Shown here: piece after piece, positions 47,252-55,559 of the stretch
Position numbering within the stretch: the first letter of the stretch is position 1
How the letters are laid out: the number at the start of each line of letters is the position of its first letter
Origin: Candidatus Woesearchaeota archaeon
GTDB lineage: Archaea; Nanobdellota; Nanobdellia; Woesearchaeales; ARS49
Assembly (NCBI GenBank): GCA_003599055.1
Contig: QZIM01000002.1
Coordinates: forward strand, 70,097-134,096
Reading direction: 5' to 3'
DNA: 64,000 nt
Position numbers and translations under genes: made by a program
Notes under the pieces: generated by a model
Seen by the model: the letters and a program-made list of their open reading frames with translations, nothing else
Database searches by the model: none
Told to the model about the DNA's origin: nothing

Positions 47252-48397
47252 ATGAAACTCCGCCAAATTCCCGATGATTTCATTGTTGAGGAGGTTCCGG
47301 ATAAGGAGTGGAAGCCGGAAGGAAAATTTGCCGTCTATAAGGTGGCAAAGGTGGGGCTCACGACGTTTGCTGCGGAAAAGATTCTGGCAAGGAATTTAGG
47401 CGTTAAGTTTAACAAAATCGGGTTTGCCGGGCTCAAGGACGCGCACGCAAGAACAGTGCAATACTTCTCGGCGGAGACAGGCGAGCCGCAAAAGGGCGTC
47501 TTTCGGGAAAAGAACGTCACTTCAGAGCTCGTCGGATTCGCGGATGAGCAAATTCGGACCGGTGACCTTGTCGGAAACAAGTTCATTATTACGGTGCGGG
47601 AGCTTGAAAAAGAGCAAATTGAGACGGCAAAGAGGAATGTTGAGTCGGTGAATCAGGGCATCCCGAATTATTTTGACAGCCAGCGTTTCGGAAGCCTGAA
47701 AGGAACAACGGGGTTTATTGCAAAGGATGTCTTGCGGGGTGATGTTGAGTCTGCGCTCAAAAAAGTGCTGACGGCAACGACCAAGCATCAAAAGGGGGTT
47801 GTGCGCAAGGCGCGAAAGATGATTGCGCGGGAGTGGGGCAGGTGGGCTGAATTGCTTGTTGAAGTGGAGAAAATGGGGCTTGAGCGTGCATCAGAAGCGG
47901 CAATGCTTCGTCATTTGGTGCAAAACCCTATCGACTTTAAGGGTGCATTTCAAAAAACGTTTGCGGGTGTGCGCCAGTTGTTCTTCTCGGCGTACCAGTC
48001 GTATATTTGGAATGAATGCGTGAAGCGTCTTGTCAGGAAGACAAGTAAAGAGGTCTTCTCAGTTCCGTATGAGGCGGGAAAACTGGTGTTTCCAAGAGGG
48101 TGGAGCTTGGCGGACCGAACGTTTCCGCTGGTTGCGGGAGATATGAATGTTCAGGGAGATGATAGGGCAATCGTGCAGGAGGTTTTAAAGCAGGAAGGGA
48201 TGCAGCTGATTGACTTTTTCAGCGATGCGCATATGTTTATTGCGCGCGAGCGGCACGTGAAGCTGTATCCGTCAGGACTTGCGCTTGAGGATGCGGATGA
48301 TGAGCGCTGTCCCGGGAAAAAGAAGCTGACGCTGACATTTGCGCTTCCGAAAGGAAGCTATGCGACGATTGTGACAAAGGCGCTCTTTGAGCAATAG
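47252..48397 (+). CDS. truD: tRNA pseudouridine(13) synthase
   Basis: DFIVEE, AGLKD, GNKF, PNYFDSQRFG, LPKGSYAT. Confidence 0.95.
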   Translation: MKLRQIPDDFIVEEVPDKEWKPEGKFAVYKVAKVGLTTFAAEKILARNLGVKFNKIGFAGLKDAHARTVQYFSAETGEPQKGVFREKNVTSELVGFADEQIRTGDLVGNKFIITVRELEKEQIETAKRNVESVNQGIPNYFDSQRFGSLKGTTGFIAKDVLRGDVESALKKVLTATTKHQKGVVRKARKMIAREWGRWAELLVEVEKMGLERASEAAMLRHLVQNPIDFKGAFQKTFAGVRQLFFSAYQSYIWNECVKRLVRKTSKEVFSVPYEAGKLVFPRGWSLADRTFPLVAGDMNVQGDDRAIVQEVLKQEGMQLIDFFSDAHMFIARERHVKLYPSGLALEDADDERCPGKKKLTLTFALPKGSYATIVTKALFEQ

Positions 48398-48427
48398 GTT
48401 TTTAAGTGCCCGTACAAGCCTGAATGT

Positions 48428-48820
48428 ATGCGCGCGCGTCGTTCCCGGTATGCCTATTGGTGGCAGTATGCGGTAGTAATCATATTGGCGTTCTTGTGGA
48501 TGTACGCGCACGACCGCGCATTTGATGCAGTCTCATTCGCTGCGGGAGTTTTCTCGTTGTGCGGAATCGTCATTTTGGAAGTGCTTATTCGAAGAAATGC
48601 AGTGGTGCTCGTAAAAGGCGGGCTTGATATTCATATCGTTCCCGCAAAATTCATCCCGTTTGGCGAAATTCGTGCAGTGCACGTGCACCAGCGCGGGCTT
48701 GCAAAATGGCTTCGCTTTGGAAGTCTTGAGGTTGTGACAGGGAACGGTGCGCTTTTCTTTCCCTTTGTGCACGAGCCTGCCTCGTTTGCCAAAGAGGTCC
48801 GAAAGTATGTTCGTGCGTGA
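48428..48820 (+). CDS. Membrane protein with bacterial PH-like domain
   Basis: Two TM helices plus Q..LAKWLRFGSLEV motif. Confidence 0.65.
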   Translation: MRARRSRYAYWWQYAVVIILAFLWMYAHDRAFDAVSFAAGVFSLCGIVILEVLIRRNAVVLVKGGLDIHIVPAKFIPFGEIRAVHVHQRGLAKWLRFGSLEVVTGNGALFFPFVHEPASFAKEVRKYVRA

Positions 48821-49109
48821 AAAGTTCGGCCCAAAGGCGCACGTTTTTGTGTGCGTAAATGTGCGTGATGACCGAACGCGCAGCTGTTGCCTGCGTGTTG
48901 GCGGCGAAGAAGTCGCATCTGCGCTCAAGGAGTGGGTTATTGCTGAGAATTTGCGGGATAAGGTTTGGGTTTCCCGGTCAAAATGTCTTGGGTTTTGTAA
49001 TTCTGTCGGTGCAACAGTGGTCGTGTACCCGCAGCAAAAGTGGTTTTTGCAGGTGACGCGGGAAAGCGTGCCTGTGCTAAAAGAGCAGATAGTTGCGCTG
49101 ATTCGGTAG
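48807..49109 (+). CDS. Thioredoxin-like [2Fe-2S] ferredoxin
   Basis: HVFVC..R..SC..SKCLGFC..G..VVVYP. Confidence 0.88.
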   Translation: MFVREKFGPKAHVFVCVNVRDDRTRSCCLRVGGEEVASALKEWVIAENLRDKVWVSRSKCLGFCNSVGATVVVYPQQKWFLQVTRESVPVLKEQIVALIR

Positions 49110-49141
49110 GTTTTTATTAGGGTTGAACAAGGGAGGAAGGA

Positions 49142-49288
49142 ATGCATCATCGGGGAAAAAAGCAGGTGTTGGTTGTTGCGGGGGTTCCGGTGCACGTTGT
49201 GGGTTCTGATGAGGCGGTATCTGCGGCACTTCTTGAGAAGTTGGTGCGTGAAACAAAGCGCAAACTGCAGTCCTATAAGGCGGGTTAG
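49142..49288 (+). CDS. Small hypothetical protein (48 aa, MHHRGKKQVLVV...)
   Basis: Read by hand; GGAGG RBS and TTTTATTA box upstream; fills the gap. Confidence 0.5.
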   Translation: MHHRGKKQVLVVAGVPVHVVGSDEAVSAALLEKLVRETKRKLQSYKAG

Positions 49289-50229
49289 CCAAACAAGCTA
49301 AGGCGGATTCCAAGATAAGCAACGTAGAGCGAAATGAGTCCTATGCTTGCGGTTTTTGACAGCGTTTTTTGGTATTTGCAGAGAAGAAGAACTGTGAGGG
49401 TGATAACGGTCAGTGCGGGCAGGTCGTAAATGAGCAGGTTGCGCGGGACGGAAAATCCTGCAATCGCAGTGCCAAGACCGAGTGCGAGGAGAAGGTCGCA
49501 AAGGTTGCTTCCGATAAGGTTGGAGAGGGATAAGTCGTGCTGTCTTTTGCGCAGGGCGACAAGGGATACGGCAACTTCCGGAAGGCCTGTTCCAAGGCCG
49601 ACAACAAAGATGCCGACGAATGTTTGGGTGACGCCCCAGGCAGCAGCAAGCATAATGCCGTTTTGTACAACAAGTTCAGAGGTGAATCCGATGAGCATAA
49701 GGCCGCCGATGAGGTTCACGAGGTCTTTTCCGAGGTGTAACTGGGGTTTGCGTCCGGTGAACTTTTCGTGCAGGTTTTCTTCCCTGCTGAGTTGGGCAAG
49801 GTAGAGCGTGTAGAGGATGATGAGAGTGTATCCTTCAAATACGGTGAGCCGTCCGTCAAAGAACATAACGGCGAGCACAAGAAGTGCCCCGATGAGCGTG
49901 ACTGCTTCCCGCGCAAAATTTTTGCGCTTGAGCTGAAGGGTTCCGAAAAGCCCGACGAGTCCAAGGAGGATGGTGAAGAGGTTTGCGGCAGAGCCGATGA
50001 CGTTTCCGACAACGATGCCGCTCGTTTCAAGTCCTGCTGCGCGGTCAATTCCTCCTGTGACGGCAAGGGCGATTTCCGGAATTGATGTTCCGATGCTGAG
50101 AATGGTAAGGCCGATGAATGTTTGGCTGATGCGAAAGTGTGCGGCAATGTTTTTTGCGCCGCGAATGCCCAAGTCTGCTCCGAGCCAAAGGCCGACCAAT
50201 CCGAACAGGAGGAAAAACAGTTCTTTCAT
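49285..50229 (-). CDS. Sodium/calcium exchanger (CaCA, YrbG-like)
   Basis: GTSIPE..GNVIGS and GTGLPE..NLIGSN alpha repeats. Confidence 0.92.
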   Translation of the reverse strand: MKELFFLLFGLVGLWLGADLGIRGAKNIAAHFRISQTFIGLTILSIGTSIPEIALAVTGGIDRAAGLETSGIVVGNVIGSAANLFTILLGLVGLFGTLQLKRKNFAREAVTLIGALLVLAVMFFDGRLTVFEGYTLIILYTLYLAQLSREENLHEKFTGRKPQLHLGKDLVNLIGGLMLIGFTSELVVQNGIMLAAAWGVTQTFVGIFVVGLGTGLPEVAVSLVALRKRQHDLSLSNLIGSNLCDLLLALGLGTAIAGFSVPRNLLIYDLPALTVITLTVLLLCKYQKTLSKTASIGLISLYVAYLGIRLSLFG

Positions 50230-50296
50230 TCTGCCTCTTTTTGTTTGGGAAATGCAACAATCTTTATAAAGGGTTGTTTTAGAAAGAAGGTATCCC

Positions 50297-50367
50297 GGGG
50301 CTATGATCTAGGGGTATGATGCGAGGTTTGGGACCTCGTCGCCGCGGTTCAATTCCGCGTAGCCCCA
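50297..50367 (+). tRNA. tRNA-Pro(TGG)
   Basis: GGGGCTA/TAGCCCC acceptor stem, CGAGG-TTTGGGA-CCTCG anticodon arm, GTTCAATTC T-loop; no encoded CCA; TTTATAAA upstream. Confidence 0.93.
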
Positions 50368-50782
50368 TAGAGTTTCAAACGCGTAGCGTATTTACATTTC
50401 TATACTGGGCGCGGATTGAACTTCCGAAACGAGCGCCAAGCGAAGTGTCGAGAGTTCAATTCCGCGTAGCCCCATAGAGTTGGAAACACGAAGTGTTGTT
50501 ATGTTCTATAGTCAGCAAGGAATTGAACTCCAGACGACGCAGTCGTTTTGAGTTAAATTCCGCGTAGCCCCATAGAGTTGGTAGCGCGAAGCGCAATTGT
50601 GTTGATAGCATAGCAAGGAATTGAACTCCGGCCGTGAAACGGATTGAGTTCAATTCCGCGTAGCCCCATAAAACTGCTTCTGCGAAGAATAGTGTTCGAG
50701 TTGTTTGTCACGCGTAATTGAACTTCGCCAAGCCCGAAGGGTTGGAGTGAGTTCATCTTCGAAGTCGAAGACGAGAAGAACT
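50347..50782. repeat. tRNA-3'-end-linked palindromic array (period about 100 bp)
   Basis: GTT(C/A)AATTCCGCGTAGCCCCATA at 50347, 50454, 50552 and 50648, with a remnant at 50751; each repeat preceded by an inverted ATTGAACT arm. Confidence 0.9.
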
Positions 50783-50851
50783 CGGCAGCGCGCCTGTTAT
50801 TCTGTTTTTGCGCGGTGCCGTGTATTCCGGTAGCAATATAACTTGCCTGTT

Positions 50852-51271
50852 TCAAAACGGCCGTGCAGTCCGTCCCGTTGGCGTGGGGTCAACAAATGAG
50901 GAGCGGGGGAGCCTGCGGGTGACTGGGCGTTGTGAATTTCGTATCGCGCCCAAGTATTCATCGTACACTTTTTTGACGCTTGGGTCTTCAAGAAGGGCTG
51001 AAAGTGCATCGAGCTCTTCAGTGTATCCTCCTTTGTGTGCGTGGTTCAGCGCGGAACTGAGCGGCCAGTTGCTGGTGCTTTCTGCTTGTGATTGGAGGAA
51101 GAATATCAGTTGGGAGAGGTATGCGTGCCCGTTTTGGGCGCTTCCGATTGCTGCGCGGTAGTGCTTTGCGGCAATGTCTTGTTCGTGGTTTGCGTGTGCG
51201 CGGACTGCTTCAGTGAGGCTCATTTTGAATGTGTGGCGGCGATACGTTCCGCTGTCAGTGGTATAGGTCAT
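50852..51271 (-). CDS. Hypothetical protein
   Basis: 139-aa ORF with an upstream TATA box. Confidence 0.55.
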   Translation of the reverse strand: MTYTTDSGTYRRHTFKMSLTEAVRAHANHEQDIAAKHYRAAIGSAQNGHAYLSQLIFFLQSQAESTSNWPLSSALNHAHKGGYTEELDALSALLEDPSVKKVYDEYLGAIRNSQRPVTRRLPRSSFVDPTPTGRTARPF

Positions 51272-51341
51272 ATGCTTCGCTCGCGGGCGGTCCTATAAAA
51301 GAATTTCTATAATTTATAAGTTTCCATTTATAAATGGCTGC

Positions 51342-52085
51342 TCAGATGCCGTGTATGCTGCGGGCGAGTGCGTGCGCGCCTGCAATGATTCGGGGTCCCG
51401 GGCGGTTAAGGAGGGTATCGTCAAGAACGAAAACCTGTCTGTTCTTGACTGCGCGAAGGTTGCGAAATCCGGTGCGTTCCGTGATTTTTTGAAGGGGAAC
51501 CCGCGTGCCAAATCCGCACCAGCTCACAACAATTGCATCAGGGTCAAATGCGGCAACGTCTTGCGGCGTGACGCGAAAGCTGAGCTGTCCGCTTTTTCCG
51601 ATGCCGGTTGCGCCCGCGATTTCAAGAAGGTCAGGAACCCAATTTCCGCTAACAGTGAGCGGCCATTCTTCAACATACAATTTCTTTTTCGGAAGGTGTT
51701 CAGTCTTTTTGCGCAGGTTGTCCGCATCATCGCAAATCTCTCTGACTAATTCTTCTGCACGGTGTGTTCTCCCAACCGCGTTCCCTGTCTGAAGGATGCT
51801 TTCAAGAATTTCAGGCAGTGACCGGGGGTCTGTATGCAAGACTTCAAGCCCGAGTTCTCGCGCGCGTTCTGCAACGTTCTGCTGGACAATGGTGCTGGTG
51901 AAGACCAAATCCGGTTTTTGTGCAAGTACTCGTGAAAAATCAATGTCCATCCAGCCGCCCATTTTCGGGATGAGTTCTGCAGCCAAAGGATAGTCGCAAT
52001 ATTTCGTGACGCCGACAATTTCGGAGCGCAATCCCAGTGTGAAGAGTATTTCGGTGCAGCTTGGGGCAAGGGAAACAATGCGCAT
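51342..52085 (-). CDS. BtuF-like cobalamin/iron substrate-binding protein
   Basis: RIVSLAPSCTEIL, VGVT..CDYP, RPGPR. Confidence 0.88.
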   Translation of the reverse strand: MRIVSLAPSCTEILFTLGLRSEIVGVTKYCDYPLAAELIPKMGGWMDIDFSRVLAQKPDLVFTSTIVQQNVAERARELGLEVLHTDPRSLPEILESILQTGNAVGRTHRAEELVREICDDADNLRKKTEHLPKKKLYVEEWPLTVSGNWVPDLLEIAGATGIGKSGQLSFRVTPQDVAAFDPDAIVVSWCGFGTRVPLQKITERTGFRNLRAVKNRQVFVLDDTLLNRPGPRIIAGAHALARSIHGI

Positions 52086-52136
52086 AATGGTCAAAAGGGG
52101 GCAAACAATTTAAAGGGTTTTCGTCATAATTCGTGT

Positions 52137-52859
52137 ATGATTGAGCTTGCGCCCGGTGTTTTTGCCTTTGGCCTTTGCACGTATCTTCCTGAGGTGAAAA
52201 CGCTCATCGTGTGCGACTTGCACCTTGGCTTTGAGGAATCGCTTTCAAAAAAAGGCGTTCTTGTCCCACGGTTTCAGTTTCGTGATATTGTTGCGCGGCT
52301 TGAGCTCATTCTCAGCCAAGTTCCGGTAAGGCGTGTGATACTCAACGGCGATGTGAAGCACGAGTTTGGCACGGTGTCGCGGCAGGAATGGCGCGAGGTA
52401 AGGCGGCTTGTGGATTTTTTTGGGAAAAAAGGAATAGGGGTTGTTGCGGTAAAGGGCAATCACGACACTATTTTCGGTCCGCTGGCAAAGGAGCTTGCTA
52501 TTCGCGAAGTTCCTGAATTTCGCCACAAGGATGTCTTGATTGTGCACGGGGATGAGATTCCAACGCGCTTGGCAAAAGTAATCGTTATGGGGCACGAGCA
52601 TCCTGCGGTGGTGATACGGGAGGGTGCAAAGAAGGAAAAGTTCAAGTGTTTTGTGAGGACAAAATTCAGGTCCGCGACGGTCATTGTGCAGCCTGCGTTC
52701 AACCCGTTAACGTACGGGACTGATATTGCGCAGGGTGAGCTCCTGAGCCCGCTTTTGGTGAATCTTCGGAATGCAGATGTGTTTGTGGTCGATGAGGAGT
52801 CCCTAAGGGTGCTTCCGTTTGGGAAATTAAGCTTGCTTGTTGAAGGGGCGGGCAGGTGA
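52137..52859 (+). CDS. Metallophosphoesterase (ICC-like)
   Basis: DLHLG, GDVKH, GNHD, HGD, GHEHP. Confidence 0.9.
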   Translation: MIELAPGVFAFGLCTYLPEVKTLIVCDLHLGFEESLSKKGVLVPRFQFRDIVARLELILSQVPVRRVILNGDVKHEFGTVSRQEWREVRRLVDFFGKKGIGVVAVKGNHDTIFGPLAKELAIREVPEFRHKDVLIVHGDEIPTRLAKVIVMGHEHPAVVIREGAKKEKFKCFVRTKFRSATVIVQPAFNPLTYGTDIAQGELLSPLLVNLRNADVFVVDEESLRVLPFGKLSLLVEGAGR

Positions 52860-52884
52860 ACGGGTGGTAAGGACGAGCCGGATA

Positions 52885-53544
52885 ATGTATGGGGTTGAGG
52901 TAGTGAGCGCGCTTCTTTTTTGGCCGATGGTGGGGTATCTTGCGTGGGGTGTTTCAGGGGTTTCGACGGGTACATTTTTTCTCGCACTTCTCATCGGGCT
53001 TGTCTTTGCTGACTTTGCATCGGGTTTTGTGCACTGGGCGGCAGACACGTGGGGGTCTCAGGATTGGCCGGTTGTCGGGCAATCGCTTCTCAAGAGTTTT
53101 CGTGACCATCATCGTGACCCGATGGGAATCACGCGGCACGATTATTTTGAGACGAACGGTGATTCATTTTTGGTGAGTTTGCCGGTGCTTTTCCCGTCGG
53201 TTTTGTACCTTTTCGGATTTTGGCGTCTTGTTGCGGTTGTTTTCTTTGTCGGAATTGCGTTTACGAATCAGTTTCACAAGTGGGCGCACGAGGTGCGTCC
53301 GGCAGGGTTTGTGCGGGTGCTGCAAAAGTCAGGGCTGATTTTGTCAAAGAAGGGCCACCGTGGCCATCATCGCAGGCCGTTCAGCAGGAATTATTGCATT
53401 ACGACGGGCTGGCTGAATCCGCTCTTGAATAAGGTTTGTTTTTGGAGAATTCTTGAAAAAGTCATTACAAAAATGACCGGTGCGGTTCCGCGAAAAGAAG
53501 AACAAGGCCCGGCGATCCGGAGGAACCGCCGGGCTTTGTCGTGA
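52885..53544 (+). CDS. CarF/TMEM189 (Kua)-family lipid desaturase
   Basis: DFASGFVHWAADTWG, FRDHH.DP, NQFHKWAH, H..HH, YCITTGWLN; start may lie slightly upstream. Confidence 0.87.
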   Translation: MYGVEVVSALLFWPMVGYLAWGVSGVSTGTFFLALLIGLVFADFASGFVHWAADTWGSQDWPVVGQSLLKSFRDHHRDPMGITRHDYFETNGDSFLVSLPVLFPSVLYLFGFWRLVAVVFFVGIAFTNQFHKWAHEVRPAGFVRVLQKSGLILSKKGHRGHHRRPFSRNYCITTGWLNPLLNKVCFWRILEKVITKMTGAVPRKEEQGPAIRRNRRALS

Positions 53545-53554
53545 GTGAAGACAA

Positions 53555-53728
53555 TTACAGGTCTTCGAGGTCGTCGTCCCAAGGGTCTAAGTCAAATTCC
53601 GCGTTTGCCGCCTCAGCGCCTATCTCAAATGCGCGTTCCCAGTCGTGCTTTGCATCCCAGCCGTCAACTTCTTCTTCCTCTTCCTCAAGGAGGAGGTCAT
53701 TGCTCCACATTCTCGCTTCGTCCCGCAT
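53555..53728 (-). CDS. Small highly acidic protein (57 aa)
   Basis: Read by hand: MRDEARMWSNDLLLEEEEEEVDGWD...DDDLEDL; GGGGTGA RBS. Confidence 0.65.
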   Translation of the reverse strand: MRDEARMWSNDLLLEEEEEEVDGWDAKHDWERAFEIGAEAANAEFDLDPWDDDLEDL

Positions 53729-53905
53729 GGTTTTTCACCCCCAAGTGAACTTCTGATGGTGGCAATTGTGCATTTTTGATATATATTTTCCCCTAAAAAA
53801 TTATAAGACCTATAAAGTTATCAGGCATATTAATAACTTTTACACTTTTATGAATTTGCAAAAGATTTATATATTTTAAGTCGTTTTGGTGCCCCGGAGG
53901 GTGTT

Positions 53906-54865
53906 ATGAAACGAAAAGTCATTCAAATCGCTGATTCAACGCAATTGATTTCTCTGCCGCGCAAGTGGTGCTTGGCAAATAATGTCAAGAAGGGGGACGA
54001 GCTGAATGTGGAAACTGAAGGGCAGCTCATTACGGTAAGCTGCAAGCAGGAAATGCGCATAGAACGGGCGGAATTGCGGATGAAGGATTACGGCCCGCTC
54101 GCTCCGCGTGTTATTTATTCACTGTATCGCAAGGGAATTGATGAGTTGAAAGTGTATTACGATGACCCTGAGGAAGTTCAGGCGATTCAGAAAAATCTGC
54201 GGGATGCAACCGGGTATGAGATTGTGGAGCAGGACAGCAAGAGCATTCTTATCAAGAACATCAGCAGCAATATTATGGGGTTTGACTCGATGCTGCGAAG
54301 GACGTTTCTTCTCCTCATCAGCCAGGCAGAGGAGTGCGCAAAGGCGTTTTCGGAAAAAAACGTTTCCGCGCTTAAGAATCTGGTCAGTCTCGAGGAGAGC
54401 AACAATCATTTTACGACGGTTTGCAGAAGATACCTGAACAAGTATGAGGCGCCAAAGAGTATGAAAACAGGCCCCTTGTATTCGATTGTTCAGGAAATTG
54501 AAAAGATTGCGGACGAGTACAAGTATTTGGTTCAGGCAATCGAGCAGCACCGGTCTGATTTCGCAAAGACTGCGGGCAGTCTTGCAGGATTGTATAAGGG
54601 TGTATCAGCAATGATGCGGGAAGTGTATGAGGTGTTCTATAAGTTTGACCCGCACAAGTTTTCCGCAATTGCCGAGGCAAGGCAGAAAATTGTGGAGCAG
54701 GCAACGGAGAAAATGAAGGCGGCAAAAAGCCCGATTGAGTTTTTGATGGTGCATCATCTGATAGTCATAACGCAAAAAGCATTCAATATGCTCGGCTCAA
54801 TGATTATTCTGACTGCTCCAGTTGCTGAATCACTTGCTTCAGTGAGTAAACATCAGGACATCTGA
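53906..54865 (+). CDS. phoU: Archaeal PhoU-family regulator with AbrB N-terminal domain
   Basis: MKRKVIQ...ISLPRKW...KKGDEL; EKIADE. Confidence 0.85.
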   Translation: MKRKVIQIADSTQLISLPRKWCLANNVKKGDELNVETEGQLITVSCKQEMRIERAELRMKDYGPLAPRVIYSLYRKGIDELKVYYDDPEEVQAIQKNLRDATGYEIVEQDSKSILIKNISSNIMGFDSMLRRTFLLLISQAEECAKAFSEKNVSALKNLVSLEESNNHFTTVCRRYLNKYEAPKSMKTGPLYSIVQEIEKIADEYKYLVQAIEQHRSDFAKTAGSLAGLYKGVSAMMREVYEVFYKFDPHKFSAIAEARQKIVEQATEKMKAAKSPIEFLMVHHLIVITQKAFNMLGSMIILTAPVAESLASVSKHQDI

Positions 54866-55559
54866 AGTGCCGGCAGGGGCGGGTGCAGGGAATTTCTTCC
54901 ACGTGGTTAAGCCGTGTTCCGTTCCGTGAATATTTTTGCCAGACAAGCGCGGTGCTCATTCCTGCCCGTCTTGCAGGGCGGGTGTCCATATCGGGGCGGT
55001 CGCCGACGTAGATGATTTTGTGTGCGTCTTCCCGTGCAATCCCGCTCAGCTTAATCATCATTGCGTGCTCGAGTTTTCCCTCGTATGCGCGTCCTTGCTC
55101 GCCGTGCATGCGAAACGTGAATTGGAAGGGCGGGTTTCGGTCAAGCCCGAGGCGGTCAAGGGTGTGGCGGGTCTCGTTGGAGAGGCTGCTCGTGTAATAG
55201 GAGAAGGGGATTGTTCTGTCTCTAAGGAAGAGGAACAGCTCGAAAAGTTTCGGGTCGGGCGCAAGTGTTTCTGCAATGTTTGCCCGTCTTTGCGCTTCGC
55301 GTGCAAGGTCAGGGTCAAGCCCGTACGCGTTTTGAAAGATGAGCTTGTGTGAGCGCTTGTTCACGCGGTCTTCAAGGTGTTCTTGGTATTCCCGTTGAAG
55401 CTCTCTGCGCCAAAGCCCTCCTTTTTTTCTTCGTTCCTGCCAGTATGGTGAGTGGTCTGCGATTGCCTCGTACATCTGGGTAAGGAGGCGTTCGGTGCGG
55501 TCTTCGGTCATCTCATAGAGTGAGCCGTTCACGTCAAACCAGGCGTGTTCAATTTTCAT
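54804..55559 (-). CDS. HAD-superfamily hydrolase
   Basis: FDVNGSLY; YVGDRPDMD...AR.AGM. Confidence 0.8.
   Translation of the reverse strand: MKIEHAWFDVNGSLYEMTEDRTERLLTQMYEAIADHSPYWQERRKKGGLWRRELQREYQEHLEDRVNKRSHKLIFQNAYGLDPDLAREAQRRANIAETLAPDPKLFELFLFLRDRTIPFSYYTSSLSNETRHTLDRLGLDRNPPFQFTFRMHGEQGRAYEGKLEHAMMIKLSGIAREDAHKIIYVGDRPDMDTRPARRAGMSTALVWQKYSRNGTRLNHVEEIPCTRPCRHFRCPDVYSLKQVIQQLEQSE

Noticed and set aside
50454..50670. Additional or split tRNA genes
   Set aside because: The copies contain only the T-loop and 3' acceptor strand, with no D or anticodon arms
50347..50782. CRISPR array
   Set aside because: The repeat is the tRNA 3' end, the intervening segments are about 75-85 nt, structured and partly homologous to each other, and no cas genes are in the window
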